IMG/VR virus record: IMGVR_UViG_3300021363_000006
Span: 1-51,891 of that record
DNA: 51,891 nucleotides
Source: a virus
Taxonomy: Duplodnaviria > Caudoviricetes
Reading direction: 5' to 3' (one strand)
Positions 36,516-45,942 of this stretch are shown one piece after another (within the stretch, counting starts at the first letter, position 1; each line of letters starts with the position of its first letter). Both the position numbers and the translations under genes were made by a program. Under the pieces are notes generated by a model. It did not search any database and was not told where the DNA came from. It was given only the letters and a program-made list of their open reading frames with translations.

Positions 36516-37315
36516 TACAACCAAGCCGACTTAGCTGCAACAGTACCATTACCAATGTTGCTAGTGACCTTCCAAGTATTCAAGCCAGGAAGTGCTACAG
36601 GCCAAGCACCGCCTGTGAGGGTCAAAGCTACATTGACGATGACACCATTCACCTTGAAGACTAACTTCTCCACGTCGATTGTCAACACCTGACCTGAGGT
36701 AATTGCCTTCGAGAAGCTAAAGGACAAGCCCGTAGTAATGTTAGCGACTGTGATGTTAGCTGTCGTTGAGGACGTTGCGGTGATGGATATAACCTGCCCA
36801 GTTGCTGCGTTGCCCGCGTTGGTGAATGTGTAGTTCGATCCTGCTGTCCAAGCGAACGATGTAATGTCAATGTAGGATCGAGGATCAGTACAGCCAAACT
36901 GCAACTGGAAGGGCATCCGACCTGTACGACGTCCAGCCTCTACGTCCGCCTTGTATGCGATAGGCTTTGCAAGGAAGTAACGTTGTGCTTTCGAAGGATG
37001 CTTCCAGTACAAAGGATAGTCGACACCATCAGGAGTAATGGTCGCCTTAAGGAGTTCGTTGTTCGTTTCTACATCTGAAGGGCCGCAGTACAAGGTACCT
37101 TCGGGGATGACCATTCGATGGTGGAAGTAATTACCTGTAACGAACCCACCATGCTGACCATCGAGATCGAGAACGTCATAGTCCAAATCAGGAAAGTCAG
37201 ATAGTCCACCAACCTTATTCACGTCCCAAAAGGGCATGACAGATGCATTTTGGTTAAGCAGGATACCTGTATCCTTGTACTGGTACTCATAGTCCAAAAG
37301 AGTAGGAGCAGCCAT
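36515..37315 (-). CDS. Distal tail protein (Dit-like)
   Basis: Follows the tape measure; FGCTDPRSY, NAGNA, LPGLN, terminal AWL. Confidence 0.8.
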   Translation of the reverse strand: MAAPTLLDYEYQYKDTGILLNQNASVMPFWDVNKVGGLSDFPDLDYDVLDLDGQHGGFVTGNYFHHRMVIPEGTLYCGPSDVETNNELLKATITPDGVDYPLYWKHPSKAQRYFLAKPIAYKADVEAGRRTGRMPFQLQFGCTDPRSYIDITSFAWTAGSNYTFTNAGNAATGQVISITATSSTTANITVANITTGLSFSFSKAITSGQVLTIDVEKLVFKVNGVIVNVALTLTGGAWPVALPGLNTWKVTSNIGNGTVAAKSAWL

Positions 37316-39480
37316 TACCCAACCCTCTTCGCTACCTCGTAGCCAAGGTCAGCTGCATGCTTCCTTGGGTCGATCTCCTGTGTCTTGATGTTGAAAATCT
37401 GCGTCAGCCCACTAGCATTGTCGCCTGAAGCGGCCAGCGCCGCTGCAGATACCACAGGCCGTTGGGCTGGGATCATTGCCGGGAGCCTCTTGGTAAGACC
37501 CTGAAGCTTGGATTGAATATCAGGAACACCTTGGTCGAGACCGTCGCCGAAGCCCTTCATGACTAGTCGACCGTTGTTGTAGAGGAGCTTCGCATCCTTC
37601 TCAGGCGGACCTTTCCAGCTCGGCAAGATGTTTGTAACGTTGCCAAGCGTGTTCCGTACGCTACCGAGCATGCCCTGAATACCATTGATCAGGCCCTGCA
37701 TAATAGATCGGCCTACTCCTACCAGGATGCTTCCAGGGTTGGGAATAGCTCCGACGATTCGTCCTGGAAGGCCTCTTAGCCAGGTGAGTGTGGTGTTCCA
37801 ACCATTCTGGATAGCTGTCCGAGCACCATTAGCCAGGTTAGTAGCCCACGTACGGACGCTGGCGATAGCGCTGCTAATCGCGCCCATGATTCTGCCGGGC
37901 AATCCTCTGAAGAAGCTGATGATCGCGTTCCAGACGCCAGAGACGTCCGACTTAACTTGGTTCCAATTCTTCTTGAAGTTATCAACAATATTGAGTAGCC
38001 AAGTCAGAAGGAAGGCTAGCGCATAGATTAACATCTTCTGAAGGAAGTCAATAATCGCATGCCAGACCTTTTGTACGAAGTCCCAAATCTGAGTATGGTA
38101 CTTGACAATTAGCACAACGATAATGACAAGCGCAACAATAGCGGCAATGATTCCGAGTACAACTGCAATGACTGCCCCTAGAGCCACGCCTGCGACAGCT
38201 GCAGCAGCCATCAACATTAAGATGCCACCAACAATAACCATGACGATTCCGATGAGGACCATCAGTACTGAGATGACTGCCAACACAATAATGATGGTCT
38301 TCTGCATACCCGGACTGAGACCATTCCACATGTCAAGCAGCTTCATACCTGCTGCGACTAGCTGCATCTTGACAGGAAGGAGCTTATCTCCAACCTCAAT
38401 TCGCATGGCCTGGTACTTGTTCTGCAGCAACTGAATCTGACTTTGAGGCTGCTTGAACATCGTGTCATAGGCTGCTTGCATAGAGCCCTTAGACTTCGAC
38501 ATATCGCCAGTCAGCTTATTAAGCTGAGTGTATCCTGGAATTGCTAGGTCGAAGAACCGTCGAGCCTGAATGGTTCCTCCAGATCCCTTGAACAAAGCAT
38601 CTAGCGCCTTTGCTCGTTCGGGAGCTGTCATCTCCCCCATCTTGCCATTCAGTTCCTTGATGATCTGAACCATAGGCTTGAAGTTTCCATGAGCATCCTT
38701 AACAGATAGCCCAATGTCCTTCATGTGTTTCTGCGTCTTCGGGTTCGCCATTGCGTCGAAGGCTCGAGCAGCCGAGGTCGCAGACTGTGCAGTCGACAGA
38801 CCATTCCGAGTCATGAATGCCATCATGCCAGCTAGATCCTTGATGGATCCACCTGCACGAACAGTTGAAGGGATCGCTCTACCTATGGACTTGGAGAACT
38901 GATCGTAGGTGCCAACACCCTTCTGCACCAGCTTGAACATGATGTCGTTAACTTTATTTACGTCCGTAGCAGGCAAGTGCCATGCGTTTAGGATCGCGAT
39001 TGTTCCTCGGCCTGCAGTCTGAAGGTCAGTCTGACCAGCAACTGCAGCCTTAGAAAACTCTGTCAGAAGCTTCTTAGCCTGAGGGACCGAGACATCCATC
39101 GACGAGAAGATGTCATACAGTCCTGCTTGAATCTCATCAAGCGGAACAGGAATCGTCTTGGCGACGTCTAGTCCGATCTTCTTTACCGTGTCTAGCGACG
39201 TGCCCAACTTGTCTGTCTGGGTAAGCGTCAGCGCAGCTTTCTGGTTGTAGTCAGCTGCTGCTGTAGTAGCATCGTTGAAGTACTTAATGCCTAACCCACC
39301 AGCGAAGGCTATACCTGCCCCAACTGTGACTAGCGCTTTGCCCTGAGCCATATGCTTCGCAGCTGCATCCTGCGAAGCCTTACTCATAGTGGTAATGCTG
39401 CCGGCAGCTCCAGCTAGAGTCTTGGATGCCTCATCACGTGCACGTAGAACTAGTAGCAGTTCACGTGTTGAGACACCCAC
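37315..39480 (-). CDS. Tape measure protein
   Basis: 721 aa, Ala/Gly-rich helical; RARDEAS start; hydrophobic block; Trp-spaced repeats. Confidence 0.92.
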   Translation of the reverse strand: MGVSTRELLLVLRARDEASKTLAGAAGSITTMSKASQDAAAKHMAQGKALVTVGAGIAFAGGLGIKYFNDATTAAADYNQKAALTLTQTDKLGTSLDTVKKIGLDVAKTIPVPLDEIQAGLYDIFSSMDVSVPQAKKLLTEFSKAAVAGQTDLQTAGRGTIAILNAWHLPATDVNKVNDIMFKLVQKGVGTYDQFSKSIGRAIPSTVRAGGSIKDLAGMMAFMTRNGLSTAQSATSAARAFDAMANPKTQKHMKDIGLSVKDAHGNFKPMVQIIKELNGKMGEMTAPERAKALDALFKGSGGTIQARRFFDLAIPGYTQLNKLTGDMSKSKGSMQAAYDTMFKQPQSQIQLLQNKYQAMRIEVGDKLLPVKMQLVAAGMKLLDMWNGLSPGMQKTIIIVLAVISVLMVLIGIVMVIVGGILMLMAAAAVAGVALGAVIAVVLGIIAAIVALVIIVVLIVKYHTQIWDFVQKVWHAIIDFLQKMLIYALAFLLTWLLNIVDNFKKNWNQVKSDVSGVWNAIISFFRGLPGRIMGAISSAIASVRTWATNLANGARTAIQNGWNTTLTWLRGLPGRIVGAIPNPGSILVGVGRSIMQGLINGIQGMLGSVRNTLGNVTNILPSWKGPPEKDAKLLYNNGRLVMKGFGDGLDQGVPDIQSKLQGLTKRLPAMIPAQRPVVSAAALAASGDNASGLTQIFNIKTQEIDPRKHAADLGYEVAKRVG

Positions 39481-40081
39481 TACGTCCTCCTCCTCCTGCT
39501 GTTTCGTTCCTGTTCGAGTCGCTGCTTCTCGTGCATAGCATTCAGCCCTGCAGTTAAGAGCTCGATGTGGTATGGGTCCTGATCAAGCAACCCTCCAGCT
39601 CTTGGTAGAACGTGCAGCTCCTTGCACAGGAACGTAATCCGTATGGCGAGATCAACTTCGTCATCTGGTTCGCGATCTAGGATGACACTGGCGTTGACTC
39701 GCCCTTGGAGTTTCCCTCGTCATCGTCCCCGTCGAAGTTGTTCATGTCCTCGATGAGCTTCTCGATTTCCTGTCCAACGCGCGGGTCCAGGGAAGCAACA
39801 TCCACAGGGTTGGAGAGGTTGAGCAGCTGACCTTCGATGCGTTCCAGGTTGTGTTCGATAACACAATAGCGGAACTCGAACAAGTTCACATTCTTGTTCG
39901 CCATCGCGATCTCGCCTGCAACGTCGTTCTTACCCTTGCCGTGGTTGGAGAAGGTCAACTTGAGCATGGCACGTCGTTCCAGGATTTGACCATAGTCCAT
40001 CTTTCGGAGCACAACAAATGCTCCGTCAAGAGTCTTGAGGTCAAACCTCTCAGTGCTATTGGATCTGATTGCTACGGGCAT
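39480..40081 (-). CDS. Tail assembly chaperone pair (short form 40081..39677; long form by -1 frameshift to 39480)
   Basis: Slippery GGGAAAC at 39716-39710; the -1 frame is open (LQGRVNASV...LPRAGGLLDQD...RRRRT) to a TAG overlapping the tape measure GTG. Confidence 0.85.
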
Positions 40082-40129
40082 TGCATTTCCTCCCTTAAGG
40101 AATTTCTCGCCCTGTGGTCTACTAGATTT

Positions 40130-40255
40130 CTCTAAGCTCTCTAACCCTTAGACTTCTCATTAGACCGAGTCTAACCTAAGTCTAATCGAAGTTCCCTGAG
40201 GCCCTAATACTACTCGACCCCGCAAGATCCTTCTTAGTTAGACTCTCAGAGAGAC
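40130..40255 (-). repeat. Dispersed TTAGAC/GTCTAA element, copy C
   Basis: Begins immediately after the tail tube stop; shares CTCTAAGCTCTC, CCTTAGACTT and AGACCGAGTCTAA with A, and GCAAGATCCTTC with B. Confidence 0.85.
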
Positions 40256-41176
40256 TTAGACAATGTTCTCCGTAGTATTCACTACAAGTCCGTAAGCGTT
40301 ACCGGCACCTAGCGTACCCTTGTACTCAACCTTAGCCCGGACCAAATCGCCCTGTCCTCCGAGGTTGACCTCATACGTGTCGATAATCGAGGCTGCCATC
40401 GTCATCACGAAGCCAGGAGTACTGCCAACTGTCATGGTGATGCTCTGCGCTGTCTCAGCTTTGAACAGGTCGTACTCCGCACGGCTGTCGAAGTCTCTCT
40501 CGACCGACAGCCCTACTTCCCGTTCCCCATAGCTAATGAACTGTGCACCTGTTCCAGTGTTCTTCAACCGGAACTCAGGCTTACCCTTGTCGTCAACCTT
40601 CAGCTCGAACTTGTCCGTGTCGAAGATTTGGGAAGCTGTTGGAATCTGGAGATTGTAACTGCCAGCACCGAACGGAACCGAGGTAGGCCACGTAGCAGTA
40701 GGCGATGACTGAACTGCCTCGTCCTGACCAACAATATGCGGCTTGAACATGAGTTCACCGTTGTCGACAGAGAAGCTAAAGCTCGCAACAACGCAGCCCG
40801 TGTAGGCATACACAATACCATTGCGGACGATCGTGATCGACAGCGTCTTGGCTGGGATAGCTACAGCTGTAGGAGTGCACGTATAGACGTACGGTCCGGC
40901 ACCTGTCTTGACAATGCTCACTCGCGATGCGTAGAGGAAGTACGGCACACAATCGTGCAGCGCCTCCATCGTAATGTCACCAGCGATGTTCGAGTCACCC
41001 GCAACAGCACCAACGATATCAGGTGTCTGTCGAATCGGACGGCGCCACTGCGTGTCCTGTTCGAACTTGAGCGACTCCGACATGAACGGGATGAACTTGG
41101 TAGGCGCGACGTACGTGCCAGGCACGGTCTCGATCGCAACGCCCATGATGCCAGCTGCACCGATGCCCGGAGCCAT
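40256..41176 (-). CDS. Major tail (tube) protein
   Basis: GVAIETVPGTYVAPTKFIPF start, AYTGCVV; sits upstream of the chaperones. Confidence 0.85.
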   Translation of the reverse strand: MAPGIGAAGIMGVAIETVPGTYVAPTKFIPFMSESLKFEQDTQWRRPIRQTPDIVGAVAGDSNIAGDITMEALHDCVPYFLYASRVSIVKTGAGPYVYTCTPTAVAIPAKTLSITIVRNGIVYAYTGCVVASFSFSVDNGELMFKPHIVGQDEAVQSSPTATWPTSVPFGAGSYNLQIPTASQIFDTDKFELKVDDKGKPEFRLKNTGTGAQFISYGEREVGLSVERDFDSRAEYDLFKAETAQSITMTVGSTPGFVMTMAASIIDTYEVNLGGQGDLVRAKVEYKGTLGAGNAYGLVVNTTENIV

Positions 41177-41421
41177 TACACTTCGCCACCCTCCGTGAAC
41201 TCGACCGTGACATGCTCATTGCCTGCGAACGCCTCAACCAGCGAAGGTCCCGGCCCGTATCCGCCTTCTGCAAGAACCACAGGGTTGGAGGCTCGGTAGT
41301 GTTCGTCGACTTCATCGTTGACTCTGTACGTTCGACCATTGAGGAGGATCTGGTCGAGGCCTGTGATGTCGATCTCCCCATCCTTGGGGAGGTTCGGAAA
41401 GTTGAAGCTAATGGTGTACAA
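41176..41421 (-). CDS. Hypothetical protein
   Basis: RBS GGAGG; TAATG-coupled to the tail tube gene. Confidence 0.6.
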   Translation of the reverse strand: MYTISFNFPNLPKDGEIDITGLDQILLNGRTYRVNDEVDEHYRASNPVVLAEGGYGPGPSLVEAFAGNEHVTVEFTEGGEV

Positions 41422-41431
41422 CGTGCACCTC

Positions 41432-41881
41432 CTAGGGGTTGTTGGGGAGTCGTTCCTGTGTGGTAGCTTCCCACGTTATGCGAGACGCTCTCATCGTAGT
41501 ATTCGCTTTGGTAGAGTAGCCCGACGTAACATCAGTAACGTAGCAATGAATTGCCATGCCAAAGAATGTAGCATCTGCGTTCACTAGGGTACAGATGGCT
41601 TCAGCGAGTTGATCCGACTCAAGTCTGTTAGTTGTTATGTTCCTGATTTCACTGTGGTATACTAGGATGAACAACGTCAGCTTGACCTGAGTCATGCGAC
41701 CTGCACCGTACAGCTCTGAGGCCTTGTTGTTAGGCTCAACACATACAGCAGGAGAAACGGGAATGCGCTCCTGATCTCCATAGAAGATTCCGCCATCAGC
41801 AATGCCTAGAGCATTACTGTTGGCCTCCAGTAGCTGTTGCATCCGAAGGCCGAACTCAGAGAGTGTCGTAGCAAGTGTCAT
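41432..41881 (-). CDS. Putative tail terminator/completion protein
   Basis: Size and position before the tail tube gene. Confidence 0.6.
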   Translation of the reverse strand: MTLATTLSEFGLRMQQLLEANSNALGIADGGIFYGDQERIPVSPAVCVEPNNKASELYGAGRMTQVKLTLFILVYHSEIRNITTNRLESDQLAEAICTLVNADATFFGMAIHCYVTDVTSGYSTKANTTMRASRITWEATTQERLPNNP

Positions 41882-42393
41882 CCAGGCCACGCAGCTTCGA
41901 TGCGCTCTAAGAGCCACCTGTCGAAGACATCGCCAATGGCCTTCTCATCTGAGTCCTGCAACAGAACGAAAGGCCTAGCCGGGATAGCGCCAGCACCCGA
42001 CTTGCCTCCATAGCCGCCCTGATGGACCTTACCATACCAAATGTTTGGAGGTAGATCCGCGATGTAGGCTTCTTCCTTTGTGATGGTCCAAAGGTTCTGG
42101 TAACTCATCCCCTGACGGAGAGCGCCTGTCTTGATGAGCATCTCGCCTAGGTCTTCACCCAGCATCTCATGGAACTCAACTGTCGAGTCCGCGTAAGGAG
42201 CCCAGCCAGGCCTTCCACCAGCATCGAAGTTCGCCCTAATGCTGGGAATGACTACCTGCTTGACGCAACGCTTGAGAGGTTCCTTGAAGGACCTGATGTC
42301 AAGACCCAACTTGTCAACATGGGCAGCAACGATCTTCAACGAGGGCTTGAACGTGTACTCTAGAACAGGCTGTGCTGTAACTGCTGCAGGCAT
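41878..42393 (-). CDS. Virion morphogenesis protein (Mu gpG-like neck/tail completion)
   Basis: NFDAGGRPGWAP, LIKTGALR, YGKVHQGG, IPARPF. Confidence 0.75.
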   Translation of the reverse strand: MPAAVTAQPVLEYTFKPSLKIVAAHVDKLGLDIRSFKEPLKRCVKQVVIPSIRANFDAGGRPGWAPYADSTVEFHEMLGEDLGEMLIKTGALRQGMSYQNLWTITKEEAYIADLPPNIWYGKVHQGGYGGKSGAGAIPARPFVLLQDSDEKAIGDVFDRWLLERIEAAWPG

Positions 42394-42401
42394 AGCCCCT
42401 C

Positions 42402-42857
42402 CTAGAAAACGTTGCCCATGGAGAACGATGCGGGCCCGAGACTCGGGTCTTCGACTGTCGGACACTGTGCCGACGAAACGTCTGTAGGGTAGAAGGACGG
42501 AGCACCCTGATCATTCACAGGTATAACCCCAGGAATGATTGTAGCACCCGTCAGGATGTTCGAGAGCATTGCCTCAGCCATGGCCGCAAGTCTAGTGGCG
42601 TAGGCATTTTGATCTGCGTTGTCGTCCGAGTACTGCCGTGAGTACAACCATGACACGTAGTACATTGCAATGATGGTCTTGATCAGCTCTGGCGTAGTCG
42701 TAGGGCTGACCCAGCTCGAAGTGTCATATGCCGTTGCTACTCTTCCGAGCACCTGGGCTGACACCTGCACTTCGAGCTCACCGTCGAGAGTAGAGCCCAG
42801 AGCAAGTTTGGTCTTCTCAGCCCACGCTTGCGCCTCAGCGACAGTGATGTTGGACAC
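42402..42857 (-). CDS. Head-tail adaptor
   Basis: Synteny; TPELIKTIIAMY helical adaptor-like pattern. Confidence 0.65.
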   Translation of the reverse strand: MSNITVAEAQAWAEKTKLALGSTLDGELEVQVSAQVLGRVATAYDTSSWVSPTTTPELIKTIIAMYYVSWLYSRQYSDDNADQNAYATRLAAMAEAMLSNILTGATIIPGVIPVNDQGAPSFYPTDVSSAQCPTVEDPSLGPASFSMGNVF

Positions 42858-42859
42858 GA

Positions 42860-43111
42860 CTACTTGACCGGTTCCTTCGGCTTGTTAGCCTCGGCCAGTT
42901 CCTTCTGCAGCTGCTCGATCTTCGTCAGGAGCTGAGCCTTCTCCTCGTCCTTGTCAGCAGGACCAACGACAGGTTCACCGATGGCGCCCTGCTCCTTGAG
43001 CAGCTTGATGGTCTTCGCGTCGAGTCCCGTAACCTTGTCGCCCTGTTCGATCACGACTCGTGTCTGATCCCCGTTGCCGTGGACGATCCTCGTAAGTGCT
43101 ACGTCAGTCAT
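42860..43111 (-). CDS. Hypothetical head-associated protein
   Basis: TAATG-coupled; LLKEQGAI motif and coiled coil. Confidence 0.55.
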   Translation of the reverse strand: MTDVALTRIVHGNGDQTRVVIEQGDKVTGLDAKTIKLLKEQGAIGEPVVGPADKDEEKAQLLTKIEQLQKELAEANKPKEPVK

Positions 43112-43326
43112 TAGTGTTGCCTCCAAACGTTTGTATCGGTAGGAAGGATGCGTCGTGGAACGGCTGCCCCAGCATTGAGAGGGGTACGTGTGCCTGACTG
43201 CTGGACGATTGCAAGGACCAAGTTGCTCTGATCAGTAACCGAAGTCACCTTCGCTGATTGCCACTTGGCTGCAGCCGTCAAGTAGTCGACGCAGTCACCC
43301 ACTCTCACGTGCCAGGCATTTGCCAC
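43111..43326 (-). CDS. Small protein after the capsid gene, probable paralog of 1451..1693
   Basis: TAGTG-coupled to the major capsid gene. Confidence 0.6.
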   Translation of the reverse strand: MANAWHVRVGDCVDYLTAAAKWQSAKVTSVTDQSNLVLAIVQQSGTRTPLNAGAAVPRRILPTDTNVWRQH

Positions 43327-44327
43327 TACGCGATCGCGGCCTTGATGAGGTAGCCGGTGATCGACTTCCCGAAGTCAGCCGAGGCAGGATTGATCTCGTT
43401 GCCAACCAGCTTGAGGTCGTAGCGGCGGGCCGTCCGAATGAGATCGGACTTACGCTTGTCCTCGCGCCAGCGGTCGGTAACCATGACCTGCCCACCGTAG
43501 TTCCAGGCGAACTCGTAACCGAAGGCAGGAGTGCGTAGACCTGGACGTGGCGGCACCCAAGCCATGATGACGTCCTTGCCCCACAGGTACCCGACGGTCA
43601 CGGCGTTGCCGAGCGTACCTACACCCCCAGATCCGATACCGATACCTGGCACGACGATCTTCGCCATGCCGAAGACGGCAGCGATGATCTCAGGAGTCAG
43701 AATGGCTCGTTCGGAGTACTTGATCCGCTCGATGATGTCCGGGTGGTCCTCCAACGTGCTCATCACCAGGTAGGGGATGATCGCGATGTTGGGATCCATG
43801 AACACCTTGGCGTTGAGGGCACGAACCCCTGTACGCCAATCCAGGATCGGGTTGCTATTGACGTAGTCGTTCCATTGAGCCGTACCCGACAGCGTGGTCG
43901 AAAGACCCGAGGCGTAGTTGGCTGCAGTGGTGACCAGCGCCTGCATCTTGACTTCGCGAGCCAAGAGGATCTTGGACGTAAGCAGCTCAGTCGCGTCGCG
44001 GTCTGGAACGAATGGCGAATCAACCTGCTCCCGCTCTTCGTCCGGGATCGCCATCTGGAGCGCGTGCTCCTGGCAGTAGTAGGTGTCCGTAGACACCGTG
44101 TACCCGGGGATCTCGTTCGCTTCGGTTCCAGGAGCTCGGTAGTCTGACGTCTCCGTCAGCCAAGCTTCACGACCGAAGACGTAGTACTTGTCGGCCTGCT
44201 TCTTCACCGCGACGACGGGGAACAGTTCCTCGCCAACCATGCCAACGTTCGGCCAGCCAACGCTGATCTGCGTAAGGACGGCATCGATGTGGGTCTGACC
44301 GGATCCGGTAGGACTCCAAACAGCCAT
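43326..44327 (-). CDS. Major capsid protein
   Basis: 333 aa, strongest codon bias in the arm; HIDAVLTQISV, ELFPVVAV, RAPGTEANE, terminal GYLIKAA. Confidence 0.88.
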   Translation of the reverse strand: MAVWSPTGSGQTHIDAVLTQISVGWPNVGMVGEELFPVVAVKKQADKYYVFGREAWLTETSDYRAPGTEANEIPGYTVSTDTYYCQEHALQMAIPDEEREQVDSPFVPDRDATELLTSKILLAREVKMQALVTTAANYASGLSTTLSGTAQWNDYVNSNPILDWRTGVRALNAKVFMDPNIAIIPYLVMSTLEDHPDIIERIKYSERAILTPEIIAAVFGMAKIVVPGIGIGSGGVGTLGNAVTVGYLWGKDVIMAWVPPRPGLRTPAFGYEFAWNYGGQVMVTDRWREDKRKSDLIRTARRYDLKLVGNEINPASADFGKSITGYLIKAAIA

Positions 44328-44347
44328 TGCTTAGTACACCTCCTTCT

Positions 44348-44764
44348 CTAGTAAGACGCGCCGGGAGTGAGCAGCATGTCGAAGAACTCGTTGGCATTGC
44401 TCGTAGCCGTCAGTGCAATGCCAAAGACTGGCAACGGCTGAGCACCTGCGATCGCACGAGTCACAACGATTCCTCGAGAGCTAGAGTCGTTGCTGATACG
44501 TGCACCCTTGGTAACGGCTGCACCGCACTTCACGCGGGCGATGCCCATCAGGTCGACCTTGATGAAGGCCTTGCCCGTAGCGATCTTGGCCGCATCGATG
44601 TCCTCGGTGCAAACACCAAACGGAAGCAAGGTGTTCGCAGCGGACAATGTAATCACGGACTGCTCGACAGTGCCCTGAATGACCAGGAGACCTGAAGCGT
44701 AGGCGGTGACAGGCGTCTGAGCCAGAAAGCCTTTGCTCAAAACGTAATTCGGACCAACACCCAT
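44348..44764 (-). CDS. Capsid decoration/cement protein (DUF2190-like)
   Basis: GIARVKCGAAVTKGARI and FGIALTA; between the protease and capsid genes. Confidence 0.75.
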   Translation of the reverse strand: MGVGPNYVLSKGFLAQTPVTAYASGLLVIQGTVEQSVITLSAANTLLPFGVCTEDIDAAKIATGKAFIKVDLMGIARVKCGAAVTKGARISNDSSSRGIVVTRAIAGAQPLPVFGIALTATSNANEFFDMLLTPGASY

Positions 44765-44766
44765 TT

Positions 44767-45876
44767 CTAGTTACCTCCCTGCACGGCGTAGGAGCCCATC
44801 GCGTAGTCGCGGTAGGCGTCAGGGTTCTCCAGAGCCACCTTGGCTACAGCGTCAGCGTAGTTGAGCTTGTGGTCAGTCTGGACCTTCTGAACCAGCTCGC
44901 CGAACACCTTGACAGGGTCCTGCTCGGTACCGGGGTTCTGATGACCAACCTCACCAAGCTTGACAAAGCCTGTCTCACCAAGCGCCTTGACAATCGTGGT
45001 GACCTTGGTACCAACGGCGTCAGTCGACTCGTGCAGGATCTGCACCAACGTCTCCACGACAGTCGCAGGAAGCGCAACCTTCTTGGTACGAAGCTCTTCG
45101 TTCAGAGTAGTAACACCGTTGCGAACCTCAGCAAGGCGCAAGGCTGCAGTGGTACGGGCACTCTCTTCCCGCAACTGCTGCTGCGACTCCATCAGCAGCT
45201 TGATCGCAGGGTTGGTCTCGGCCAGCTTCTTGAGTTCGGTCTCGGCGTCGGTCAGCTTGACCGGCTCCTTCTCCGCCTTCTCCTTAAACTCCTTGATCTT
45301 GGCCAAGAGCTGCTCTTCGGTAGCGTCCTCGGCCAGACCCAGAAGTTCAGCGAACTTCTTCGGATCCATATCATTCCCTTCTTCTGGGTCGTCCGTACCT
45401 TTGAGCATCTCGGACAGGTTGAGAGGAGACAGGTCCTTCAGGAAAGGCCTGTTGGTGATTGCTCCGCCACTGAGGACATCCGAGAACTTGGTCTGGCTCT
45501 TCGGATGCACCCACTCATCGACAAACTCAGGGGAGAAGTACTTGTAGGCCTTCGACCGAATCTTGGTCGCGGCGTCCTTCGTCCACTCGACAAACAGGTA
45601 GAGGCCGTCAGTACGAACTTCAGCCTTCTTCACCCATCCTGCAGCCTCGTCGGTTCGCTTCTTGTGATCGTAATCAACGTCAGGCTCAATCTCTCGCACC
45701 TTGTTGTTGACACTATCTGCAAACCTCTGAAGGCGTTCATCAGAGAAGTCGATCTCACCATAAACGACGTGATCGTACTTGCCTCGAGTCATGGCGTGGA
45801 TCCAGGATGATGGAGTTTCTCCCTCACTTAGTACAACCTTATGCAGGTCGACCAAGTAGCTCATCCGCTGCGTCAC
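44767..45876 (-). CDS. Prohead protease/scaffold (Mu I-like)
   Basis: DYDH, AAGW, VEWT, YKYFSPEF, AITNRPF; helical scaffold C-terminus. Confidence 0.88.
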   Translation of the reverse strand: MTQRMSYLVDLHKVVLSEGETPSSWIHAMTRGKYDHVVYGEIDFSDERLQRFADSVNNKVREIEPDVDYDHKKRTDEAAGWVKKAEVRTDGLYLFVEWTKDAATKIRSKAYKYFSPEFVDEWVHPKSQTKFSDVLSGGAITNRPFLKDLSPLNLSEMLKGTDDPEEGNDMDPKKFAELLGLAEDATEEQLLAKIKEFKEKAEKEPVKLTDAETELKKLAETNPAIKLLMESQQQLREESARTTAALRLAEVRNGVTTLNEELRTKKVALPATVVETLVQILHESTDAVGTKVTTIVKALGETGFVKLGEVGHQNPGTEQDPVKVFGELVQKVQTDHKLNYADAVAKVALENPDAYRDYAMGSYAVQGGN

Positions 45877-45942
45877 TGTACCACCCTCCTTACCTCTTAT
45901 TGTAGAGTATACCTAGTAGTGAACTACACGAACACGTATATC

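Noticed and set aside
10481-40255. Dispersed repeats as a CRISPR or other guide array
   Set aside because: The copies are 9-20 kb apart, not tandem. The Cas4-like gene is explained by its recombination-module context.
44869-45810. 313-aa + strand ORF
   Set aside because: Antisense shadow of the codon-biased protease/scaffold gene.
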